Source: Candidatus Bathyarchaeia archaeon (lineage in GTDB: Archaea; Thermoproteota; Bathyarchaeia; Bathyarchaeales; Bathycorpusculaceae). Taken from it: a stretch of DNA of 35,087 bases. Location: the NCBI GenBank assembly GCA_050012255.1, contig JBEKHN010000020.1, forward strand, positions 1 to 35,087, read 5' to 3'. Each line of letters begins with the position of its first letter. Positions within the stretch are counted from its first letter, which is position 1. The notes below the pieces were generated by a model that was given only the letters and a program-made list of their open reading frames with translations, ran no database searches and had not been told where the DNA came from. The position numbers were made by a program, and so were the translations under genes. This document shows positions 26,952-35,087 of this stretch, piece by piece.

Positions 26952-29507
26952 ATGGGTACAAGATCTGCCTCTGTGCTGATTTTTTTGACACTCGTGCTTT
27001 GCCTATTTACGACACAATCTAGCTATCTCAAAGCTCACGCCTCTAATAGTTTTCCCGTCCACAACCTCAACACAGGTTTGAACTATACGACAATCGCGGA
27101 GGCAATAGCAGCTAATGAAACACTCTCAGGAGACACGATCTTTGTTGAAAAAGGAGTGTACAACGAATCAATCTGGGTTGAAAAACAACTACATTTGGTC
27201 GGAGAAGACAGAGAAACGACGATCATAGATGGAAACATGGCAAACGAAGTCATATGGCTTCTTCCAGGCGCGAGCGTCACCAATTTCACTGTACGCCACG
27301 GATTCTATGGGATCCGAGCGTATTCTTTCGGCCTGTTACCCCAATACGGAGGAACCAGCATCATCAACAATAAGGTGGAGGATGCTCTCTATGCCGGCAT
27401 CGTTTTAGGAAAAGTTTACAACAACACGATCATGGACAACATCATTACCAACAATATCCTGTCGGGCATTCACATATGGTCTTCCACAAACAACACGATA
27501 ACAAACAACACGGTATTCAACAATGGTCATGGCATCGATTTCTACGGCTACTGCAGAGATAACGTCTTGAGAAACAACACTATAAGCGACAACACGTACA
27601 ATTTTGGACTCATATGGTACGGCGATACATTGAACTGGCTTCTAGGTATGAATGGTCCAAACATAATCAATGACGTTGACGCTTCAAACACTGTGAACGG
27701 GAAGCCGATTTGCTGTTGGGTCAACAGAAGTAACGAACGTGTACCTTTGGACGCGGGATTTGTGTGGCTCACAGACTGCGACAATATAACTGTGAAAAAC
27801 TTGAATCTTTCTAACAACATCGAAGGAATGATGCTCGCCGGAACAACCAACACGCTGATAGATTGTAACAACATAACAGGAAACGCGTATGGAATACACG
27901 TCTCTCTTTTCAGCTACAACAACGTCTTCGTCAACAACACGCTTAGGGACAATGGTAACGGCGTATACCTCGGTGAATATGCCACCAACACGACCATGAG
28001 AAACAACGCCATTAGCGGGGGCCAATACAATTTTGGCGTACCGTCATATGAATGGGGTTACATTAGGTGGGTTTACCTTGGATTCACAAATGCTACGAGT
28101 GGACTGGATGACATCGATCTTTCGAACACGGTTGACGGAAAACCAATAGTCTGGTGGATCAACCAACACAACATGAAAGTTCCTTCCAACGCTGGCTATG
28201 TCATGTTGATAAACTGCACGGACATAACGGCTGAAGGGCTTTCTCTATCAAACAATATACAAAACATCATTCTGCTGAACTCTAATAACACCTTGATCTC
28301 GAACAACTCGATCAGCAATTCCGTTCACGGGATCTCGATCGAAGACCTGCCCTTCCAAACGAGCAACGGTTGGTATTTTCAACCTTCTGTGAACAACACC
28401 ATAATGGGCAACACCCTTCTTGACAACGGAATAGGCTGCAGACTGGAAGAAGGAGACTATACAATCTTGAACAACACTTTGTACAGAAACCCCCTCGGAA
28501 TTGGACTTCTAAATGCCAACGACAGCATAATAGCAGGAAATACCGTAATCGGAAGCGAACTGAATATCACCTACCCACCCCCTGATGTCATCATCTTCTT
28601 TCATCCTTTACAACACTGGCAACTCGACAGCGACTTGAACTATGGCAATGTTGGGGGCATAATGTTCGACGGCAAATCCAACATGATTTACGACAACACT
28701 GTGGAAGACAGTAGGGAGGGCATAATCGCTGGATACAGGACTTACTTCGCCCAAGGCAACATAGTCTGTCATAACAACCTCATCAACAACACGTATCAGG
28801 CATGGGAACCAATGCCCCCCTCAGACTCCTGGGATTTCGGCTATCCTACTGGAGGCAACTACTGGAGCGATTACACAGGAACGGATGTGTACAGCGGGCC
28901 CTATCAAAACGAAACTGGCAGCGACGGAATAGGAGACACGGCGTTTTTGCGCTCGCGCTTACGCATATTTGATCATTACCCGCTCATGAACCCATACACG
29001 GACCTCTACGATATCGCCATAGCCGACTCCATGACGGCGAGAGAATTTCTTAGGCAACACCGCGAAATCATCAACATCAGCATCAACGTCATAAACCTCA
29101 GCGTTGAAGCCGAAACCATCAACATCACGTTCCAAGCAAACTCCACGATGATTGCAACTTTCCAAAACATATCGCTGGCAATCGGAAAATCCACGAATAT
29201 CACATACGAATGGAATGTAACAGGTCTACCGTACGGCGAATACTTGATCAACGCTTCAGCCACCCCTGTGCCCAACGAGACCCGCATATTTGACAACAGA
29301 AGAAGTCTGTTGACAGTTCATACAGTTCCTGGAGACTTGAACCAAGACGGAACAGTCAGCAGCGATGATGCTAAAATATTAGCTGACCAGTTCGGTTCGG
29401 CACAGAACCAGCCAACATGGATTTCCAGCGCGGACATCAACGGTGATGGCGAGGTAGACATATTCGACGCGATCATTCTGGCGAACAACTTTGGAAGGAC
29501 ATGGTAA
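26952..29507 (+). CDS. Secreted NosD/parallel beta-helix protein with Ig/CARDB-like and dockerin-like domains
   Basis: Signal peptide; Asn-rich repeats; duplicated SNTVxGKPI block; GGNYWSDY..DGIGD; GDLNQDG...DINGDGEVDIFD. Confidence 0.88.
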   Translation: MGTRSASVLIFLTLVLCLFTTQSSYLKAHASNSFPVHNLNTGLNYTTIAEAIAANETLSGDTIFVEKGVYNESIWVEKQLHLVGEDRETTIIDGNMANEVIWLLPGASVTNFTVRHGFYGIRAYSFGLLPQYGGTSIINNKVEDALYAGIVLGKVYNNTIMDNIITNNILSGIHIWSSTNNTITNNTVFNNGHGIDFYGYCRDNVLRNNTISDNTYNFGLIWYGDTLNWLLGMNGPNIINDVDASNTVNGKPICCWVNRSNERVPLDAGFVWLTDCDNITVKNLNLSNNIEGMMLAGTTNTLIDCNNITGNAYGIHVSLFSYNNVFVNNTLRDNGNGVYLGEYATNTTMRNNAISGGQYNFGVPSYEWGYIRWVYLGFTNATSGLDDIDLSNTVDGKPIVWWINQHNMKVPSNAGYVMLINCTDITAEGLSLSNNIQNIILLNSNNTLISNNSISNSVHGISIEDLPFQTSNGWYFQPSVNNTIMGNTLLDNGIGCRLEEGDYTILNNTLYRNPLGIGLLNANDSIIAGNTVIGSELNITYPPPDVIIFFHPLQHWQLDSDLNYGNVGGIMFDGKSNMIYDNTVEDSREGIIAGYRTYFAQGNIVCHNNLINNTYQAWEPMPPSDSWDFGYPTGGNYWSDYTGTDVYSGPYQNETGSDGIGDTAFLRSRLRIFDHYPLMNPYTDLYDIAIADSMTAREFLRQHREIINISINVINLSVEAETINITFQANSTMIATFQNISLAIGKSTNITYEWNVTGLPYGEYLINASATPVPNETRIFDNRRSLLTVHTVPGDLNQDGTVSSDDAKILADQFGSAQNQPTWISSADINGDGEVDIFDAIILANNFGRTW

Positions 29508-29597
29508 GGTCCATGGCGTTCTCTCTCAAGTGTGGGAGAGGTAACCTTACATGCTCGTAACCTCAGTCTAGCGCACGTTATAATATGGCGAGCAGAA

Positions 29598-30113
29598 ATG
29601 AGTGTCGTCAATAGACCCGAGGTTTCAAGACCGCTGGCTCGGTTTTACGTAGCAACAACAGTCTTAGTTGCTGCTCTCGGGCTTCTCTTTGTCTACTTGT
29701 ACTTGCAGGCGCCTCAAATTGGAGGAATCATCGGATTAATCGTCATAGTCGCAGTGGAGATAATAATGGTATCTCTGGTGGTCTCCATTTACGGAACAAG
29801 GTACACGCTAACTCGGAAAGAACTTGTCATAAAAGCATCGATCTTGATCGGGGGGACGAAGAGAGTCCCTTTGGAAACGATAGAATCCGCGGAGAGAACA
29901 TTGATACCCTTCGGCATCAGACTCTTCGGAGCAAGCTGGTATGGAGGGTACTTCTATTTTCCAAACATTGGAAGAGCCTTCATGGCCATAACCAACTTCA
30001 AAGACGGCGTCCTCATAAAGGCCCAGCGTGGAAACTACCTCATAACCCCGAAGAACCCTGAAAGCTTCATAGAGTCTCTCATGACCTCGGCCAAATCTGA
30101 AAAGAAAAAGTAA
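29598..30113 (+). CDS. Membrane protein with bacterial PH domain
   Basis: Two TM helices then 'YTLT...RLFGASWYGGYF...YLITPKNPESFI'; ATG at 29598. Confidence 0.8.
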   Translation: MSVVNRPEVSRPLARFYVATTVLVAALGLLFVYLYLQAPQIGGIIGLIVIVAVEIIMVSLVVSIYGTRYTLTRKELVIKASILIGGTKRVPLETIESAERTLIPFGIRLFGASWYGGYFYFPNIGRAFMAITNFKDGVLIKAQRGNYLITPKNPESFIESLMTSAKSEKKK

Positions 30114-30161
30114 CAGTGAGGCCTGCAACGCACATGTCTAGTCTGCTCAGACAAGCGTGTG

Positions 30162-31427
30162 CTAAGCACCGAACTTCTTTGCCTTGCCCATCAAGCTCAT
30201 CAGAGTAGGCATAAGATCAACACCCCTTATCCTGTTCAAACCTCCTCGGGCGCACGTTCTCTCACCATACTCGACAACATCGTCACGCCGAACGTAAGGC
30301 CCAGCGATTGCGACAGGAACAGGGTCGCCCTCATGGTTCCGCGTAGCCAGAGACGTTGTGTGATCGGCAGTCACCGCCAAGAAAGTTTGGTCGATATCAA
30401 CGTGGCTAACAACATAACCAAGCATCCTGTCAATCTTTTCTATCACTTCGATCTTCAGCTTGACATCCCCATCGTGACTTGCCACGTCTGCTGCCTTCAC
30501 ATGCAAAAACACAAAATCATGCGTCCTCAAGGCATGAACGGCCGCTTTCGCTTTAGCCGAATAATCAGTCTGAGGAGTTCCAGTGGCGCCTTTAACATGC
30601 ACCAGACTCATTCCAGCAACTTTACACACGCCCTTGATCAGAGAGACCGCAGCTATGCACGTAGGCTTGATGCCGAACTGTTCATGCAGCGGGACTATTT
30701 TCGGAACGGTGCCAGCTCCCCTGCACAAGATCATGTTTGCCTGCAGCAGTCCCTGCTTGGCTCTTCGCCTGTTGACTGGGTGTTCTTTCAAAACCCTGCG
30801 AAATTCGTTCATGAGCGTGTTAACGATTCTGGCCGTGCGTTTAGCCTCTGGACTCTTGTCCAATGGTTTCACCTGCAAGACTTTCTTTCCATCCGTCTCG
30901 GGGTCTGAGTCACCTATCGCGGGTGACAGTTTTGATCCGCGAAGAACCAAGGCTGCACGGTGCTGTACAGTGTTCTTGAACAGGAATTCAGCATTGAACG
31001 ACTTTGGAAGCCTGACCTTCTGAAGACTTGAGGCGAGTTTAGTAGCGTCTTCATTATCAATCCTGCCGGCACGTCTGTCTAAGACGACAAGGGCCTCGTT
31101 CACCGTCGCGAAGTTGCATCGGAAACCCACATCTGAAGGCAAAACTGTAACGCCTGAGCCTACGGCTTCCAACGCGCCTCTTCCTGAGTAAAACTTCACA
31201 GGGTCGTAACCTAGCATCGCAAGCGTTGCAACGTCGCTTCCAGGAGGGACTCCGGGGGCGATCGGGTCGATTATGCCACAGATTCCTGTCTTGGCTATCT
31301 GATCCAGCACAGGCTTATTGGCCGCCTCTAACGGTGTTTTCCAGCCCAACTCCCTCAAGGGTCTGTCAGCCATACCATCTGCAACGACTAGGATCGCCTT
31401 CAAACTCAACCTGCGCCATCCTCGCAT
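30162..31427 (-). CDS. apgM: 2,3-bisphosphoglycerate-independent phosphoglycerate mutase
   Basis: ADGMADRP, TPLEAA, PGSDVA, GRGALEA, DRRAGRI, HVKAADVASHDG, TADHTT. Confidence 0.96.
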   Translation of the reverse strand: MRGWRRLSLKAILVVADGMADRPLRELGWKTPLEAANKPVLDQIAKTGICGIIDPIAPGVPPGSDVATLAMLGYDPVKFYSGRGALEAVGSGVTVLPSDVGFRCNFATVNEALVVLDRRAGRIDNEDATKLASSLQKVRLPKSFNAEFLFKNTVQHRAALVLRGSKLSPAIGDSDPETDGKKVLQVKPLDKSPEAKRTARIVNTLMNEFRRVLKEHPVNRRRAKQGLLQANMILCRGAGTVPKIVPLHEQFGIKPTCIAAVSLIKGVCKVAGMSLVHVKGATGTPQTDYSAKAKAAVHALRTHDFVFLHVKAADVASHDGDVKLKIEVIEKIDRMLGYVVSHVDIDQTFLAVTADHTTSLATRNHEGDPVPVAIAGPYVRRDDVVEYGERTCARGGLNRIRGVDLMPTLMSLMGKAKKFGA

Positions 31428-31629
31428 TCTGAGAACGCACTAAAGCTTAGGCTGAAGAAGTTAAAACACTTACGCAACCGCGAGAGAAAAGTGACAAAGA
31501 AAATTCCGTTGAATCCTCTGGGCTCGAATTGTCTCAAAAAAGGTGAGAGCGCTAAAAGAGGGTCTGTCAGCCTAGAGGTCCATTTTGAAAAAAGGTTGAG
31601 TGTAAACAGGCGATTCATTTTATGGTGCT

Positions 31630-31959
31630 TTACAAAACAGAATTCCATACATTCATCGAGTACGTGCCAGGCACTACACAACTCGTAAACCCAGACACAA
31701 TTGTCTTGAAGAATTCTTCCTGTCCATGGAAGGTCCTCTTAAAGAACTTCTCATAGTCCGCTAGGCTCTCAAACTCGCCCATTTCGACATATCCGCCTGT
31801 GTTGCCACCAATCATCTGAGAGAGTAGTTTCCACGATTTTACCTCTTTGCACTTCTCTTTGTTCTTCTTGATGTATGCGACCCATTTCTTCATGAGTGCC
31901 ATGTACTGCTCTTGCTTTTCTGGTTTTATGACATACGTTTCCACAAGGAAAACGGTCAT
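31630..31959 (-). CDS. Hypothetical protein, dimeric alpha/beta-barrel (NIPSNAP-like)
   Basis: 'ETYVIKPEKQEQY...VEMGEFESLADYE'; probable ATG at 31959. Confidence 0.65.
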   Translation of the reverse strand: MTVFLVETYVIKPEKQEQYMALMKKWVAYIKKNKEKCKEVKSWKLLSQMIGGNTGGYVEMGEFESLADYEKFFKRTFHGQEEFFKTIVSGFTSCVVPGTYSMNVWNSVL

Positions 31960-32098
31960 CTTGTCACTCTCTTTTCTTCTAATATGCCATTTCAAGTAGT
32001 ATAAATAATCTCAGAAGTATCTCCCATCATCTGAGTCCGAAGAGTTGCCAGAACCGCGCGCACTAACACTTTTATTTAGGAACCCTTCAGTCTTGGAT

Positions 32099-32172
32099 GG
32101 GTTTCCCGGTTCAATCCAACAAATGCAACTGGTGCCTGTCAGTTTGCTACAGGGTTGGATCATTGGAAACCC
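32099..32172. other. 74-nt three-stem imperfect hairpin
   Basis: GGGTTTCC/GGAAACCC, ATCCAAC/GTTGGAT, GCAACTG/CAGTTTGC nested. Confidence 0.7.
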
Positions 32173-32209
32173 CTCTCTTTCCTTTTGAGGAAATCTGCAA
32201 AACTCGTTA

Positions 32210-32432
32210 GGGCCCTTTTTTAGTGGCGAACTCCTGTTACCCTTCGTCTAGCTTGTCTCTTCAGATATTTCGTGTACCTTCTATGATAAGGCAAGTTTAG
32301 ATTCACCAAAAAATCGGAATTGCGCATAGGGCCCGTTTTAGCAGAACTGCGTTAGGGGTCGGGCAATATAAACGGATTTTTTAGAGCTCATCTGGTTGCG
32401 CATGGTGTTCGGCAGACGAACAGTATGGGCTC
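32210..32432. repeat. Second GGGCCC-core array, including inverted copies of 8387-8458 and 7752-7777
   Basis: Cores at 32210, 32329, 32355, 32384, 32427; three are followed by a T-run then AG. Confidence 0.75.
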
Positions 32433-32633
32433 GTTTTTAGCGCGCGCACCATACAAGATTGCTTATGTAGATTGTAGGCACTAACCTATCAGACCTATAA
32501 GAAACAACGGACATAGATAGACTCGGTAAGAATATGCCAAAGAAAAGAGCACACGCAGGACTCAAGAAGAAGAAGAAACGTCAAGAAACATAATCAACGC
32601 ACCGCGCTAATAGAATGAGAACAATATCGCCTC

Positions 32634-32745
32634 CATCACCCGACAGTTAACACGAAGACGATTCACCCGCTAAGTTACCAGAACCCGACGAGAGGTTCTG
32701 GTGCGTCTTAGGGTGATGGTTCTTCGTGGTGCAAGTCGGGTGATG
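32634..32745. repeat. Back-to-back 46-bp modules (copy 3 at 32640-32685 +, copy 4 at 32694-32739 -) forming a 112-nt hairpin
   Basis: Paired blocks CATCACCCGAC, CACGAAGA, TCACCC, TAAG, ACCAGAACC; 8-nt loop CGACGAGA. Confidence 0.88.
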
Positions 32746-32748
32746 ACA

Positions 32749-33678
32749 TCATTCACTCAAAACAGCCTCGTCTGTACGTTTTGCTAACAGGCTGATTAAT
32801 GAGAGATATTCCAACGTTTTGTACGGGTCTTTTTGTACAATATTCATGTGTGCCTCAGGATTGCGGATTCCTACCAAGATACCCATGAACAGGTGTGCGA
32901 ATCCCTTTTGTTCGTTCATTTCGGACAGATTGGAAAGATTGTTTAAGCAAAGAACAGGTTTCTTTGTTACCCGAAGAGGGTTCCTCGAATATTCCACGCC
33001 GAAAGCTTGATCCATGAGATCAGCATCCTTGGTCGTTGTCAATTTAGATTTGTTTCTAACCTGTCCAAAAAGAGCTTTACAACTTTCAAAGATTGCCTGA
33101 GGATAGTGCCCGTCTTTAAACAATTTCTCGCTATGCTTTCTTACCGTGATATGAAACTTCAGACTGTTGAACAGAGCCCCCAACTCGTTTCTGTCTTCGT
33201 GAATGAGATACATAATGTATTCACTCTGCAAAGAGCGCAGTGTATTAACAAAATCTGGAAAGCGGTGATCGTTGCCTATCTCACTCAAAAGCAGACCTTG
33301 GCTTCTAATGATACCTTCGTAATCTCTTGATGAAAGGTTTCTCCGAAGTTCCTGTATCAGTTGGGATATTTCATCGAACCATGCAAAAACCTTGTCTTTC
33401 TCTTTCTGAACATAATCAAGAGAAAATGAAAACTCCATGTTTGTTTTGAAGATTGTTCCTATAGATTGATTGATGTAACTCTCAATCGATTTTCTATACA
33501 TGCTAATCAGTTCAGAAATGGTTTGCGTGTGTCCTTTTGCTTCATCAAAGTGTCTTTTTCCAATCATTTCGTTTATTTTCAGCGTTGAAGTCAAGGCATG
33601 ATCTCTAAAACTACTGACCTCAACTTCGATGAGTTTAATCTGTGCTTTCCCTATTTTTTGATATTTGGACTCAAACAT
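32749..33678 (-). CDS. TIGR02391-family protein with N-terminal helical extension
   Basis: 'LFKDGHYPQAIFES...DLMDQAF...NEQKGFAHLFMG...GIRNPEAH'. Confidence 0.85.
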   Translation of the reverse strand: MFESKYQKIGKAQIKLIEVEVSSFRDHALTSTLKINEMIGKRHFDEAKGHTQTISELISMYRKSIESYINQSIGTIFKTNMEFSFSLDYVQKEKDKVFAWFDEISQLIQELRRNLSSRDYEGIIRSQGLLLSEIGNDHRFPDFVNTLRSLQSEYIMYLIHEDRNELGALFNSLKFHITVRKHSEKLFKDGHYPQAIFESCKALFGQVRNKSKLTTTKDADLMDQAFGVEYSRNPLRVTKKPVLCLNNLSNLSEMNEQKGFAHLFMGILVGIRNPEAHMNIVQKDPYKTLEYLSLISLLAKRTDEAVLSE

Positions 33679-34142
33679 TCTTTTCTTCTCTCCGTTTCAT
33701 AGATGCAATTCGACCATCTAATGCGATTAGGTATTGTCTTAACTATTTTTCTATTAAGGCAAATGATGAACCAGAAAATCAGAGAGGTATTGCGTTTCCG
33801 TGTGATATTTCCAATGATGATCCTATCTTGTGCATCGTCAGGTGCCTTTTTATTGCTCTTACGAGTGAATCTGCTATATCTTCTGATTTTGACACCGTTG
33901 CTATTCGCCAGTGTTGTTTCTTGCCATGGTTTCTATCGGTTCATGGTTGCCATGGAAGAGGCAAGTTGCCATGCAAAAACTGAACGATGAGGTACACCGC
34001 ATGAAGCATTAGACGGAAAGACTCCTAGTGAGATGTGTGGAATTAAGGTAGAAGGAAAAAACAAATGGCTAACACTAATCCAAAACGCAAGCAAAAAGTA
34101 GTTAAGCCCAGTATATTCAGAACTCTCTTCTGCTGATAAGAA

Positions 34143-34532
34143 ATGGTTTTGTTGATTAAGGACATTAATTGGAAAGAATTGGAAAAAAGAATACTGAAAC
34201 AAGAAAGTTTTGTTGATAAATGTGAACATTTGTGTAAGGAAATATCTCTTGGCAGAATCTCAGACCTCACTCCATCTGGTAAGCCTCGTGATTTTGGTAG
34301 AACCTCTCATGATCCGATTTCCCCAGGCTCATGGGGGCAGTACGTTAAAGCACCAGAATTGCGTTCTCGACCAGTCAAGAAGGATGAACAAGATGATAAT
34401 GATTGGTGGAAAGATTTAACAGAAGAAGCTGAAAAACACGGAATATACATAACGCCCTCAGACGAAGATCGCAAGATTATTGTGGCTGGAATAAAGGTCA
34501 AGAATAGGTCAGAGCCATCACACGACAGTTAA
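34143..34532 (+). CDS. Hypothetical protein
   Basis: 129-aa ATG ORF; its stop codon lies inside module copy 5. Confidence 0.5.
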   Translation: MVLLIKDINWKELEKRILKQESFVDKCEHLCKEISLGRISDLTPSGKPRDFGRTSHDPISPGSWGQYVKAPELRSRPVKKDEQDDNDWWKDLTEEAEKHGIYITPSDEDRKIIVAGIKVKNRSEPSHDS

Positions 34533-34567
34533 CAAGGATTTAAATCCCATGGGAAGTTAACAGAACC
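34522..34567 (+). repeat. 46-bp bipartite module, copy 5
   Basis: ACGACAGTTAACA-N21-GTTAACAGAACC, preceded by CCATCAC as copy 3 is. Confidence 0.85.
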
Positions 34568-34587
34568 AAACATAGCTACAGCTTGCC

Positions 34588-34791
34588 TTAAGATGACCAA
34601 TTTTTTCTGTTCCATCCTTCCTCTCGCACGGCGAACTTGATGTCTTTTCTTTCTTTGAATTGACGGTTAAGAAAATCTGCTTCGCTTTGGGCTTTCTTTT
34701 TAGTGAGAGAATGCCTTACGATTCTTACGGGACTGATGCCTTGCTTTCTAATCACAACATAGCTGGGTGAAGGATGCCTATGATAACTCAT
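34588..34791 (-). CDS. Small basic hypothetical protein
   Basis: 67-aa ATG ORF converging on module copy 5. Confidence 0.45.
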   Translation of the reverse strand: MSYHRHPSPSYVVIRKQGISPVRIVRHSLTKKKAQSEADFLNRQFKERKDIKFAVREEGWNRKNWSS

Positions 34792-35087
34792 TAAGGATTC
34801 ACAAAAGAAAAATCCAAAAAGCTAAACCATGACAATCAAGTTAACAGTATCCTGAATCCAGCAAGTTAATATACTCCGCTTCCCATCTTGCCAGAAGCAA
34901 AAGTTTTTGCCCAGTAAGACCGAGAAAATCGGGTTCTCCGCTTTTACTTTTTGGCAAAGTAGCTTAAACAGTAAGGAAGTGAAAAACATGCGATATATGC
35001 GAAACAAGAAAGAAATGCAAGAACGAGAGAGAAAAAATGAAATGAATTGCAATATCACGCGGAAAACGCGAAGTAACTAAAATTCCC

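Noticed and set aside
32634-32745. Canonical integron attC
   Set aside because: Ends lack RYYYAAC/GTTRRRY and there is no IntI in the window
33642-34270. Several overlapping ~100-aa ORFs on both strands
   Set aside because: No motif or clear start distinguishes a real gene; possibly decayed DNA
34527-34554. Xer/dif site suggested by TGTTAA and the 28-bp period
   Set aside because: The boxes are direct repeats, not inverted 11-bp arms around a 6-bp core
34838-34852. AAGTTAACAGTATCC as another module copy
   Set aside because: Only a partial right box, with no CCGA box 34 bp upstream

Overview
Archaeal DNA, most consistent with Bathyarchaeia (inferred from archaeal-type PGK and ApgM, a NosD/beta-helix-dockerin surface protein, a PEF-type sorting tail and GGAGG/GGTGA ribosome sites). 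A central housekeeping block (~18.4-31.4 kb) holds pgk, bacterial-type gap, a Nox/CoADR-family flavoprotein, gcvH, a frameshifted 5-formyl-THF cyclo-ligase, kbl, threonine dehydrogenase, an ATP-NAD kinase-like gene, a surface protein and apgM. Two accessory zones flank it. The left zone (1-~17.8 kb) has a wHTH-PD-(D/E)xK protein, a YwgA-like/SAMHD1-like HD pair, a tandem-HEPN protein, a Zn-ribbon-TM/wHTH/JAB operon, an HNH pseudogene, TA modules, Fic, methyltransferases and an NHL surface protein. The right zone (~31.6-35 kb) has a TIGR02391 protein and orphans. The most striking signal is non-coding. Five copies of an exactly 46-bp module, CCGA-NN-[X5]-CA-N21-[X5]-CAGAACC, sit at accessory-gene boundaries, and the X5 box covaries between the two halves of each copy. 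Two copies lie back-to-back as a 112-nt hairpin. Nearby are arrays of short units joined at GGGCCC-like cores, some shared between zones 24 kb apart. No recombinase or transposase is encoded in the window. All alignments were done by eye and no database search was run.
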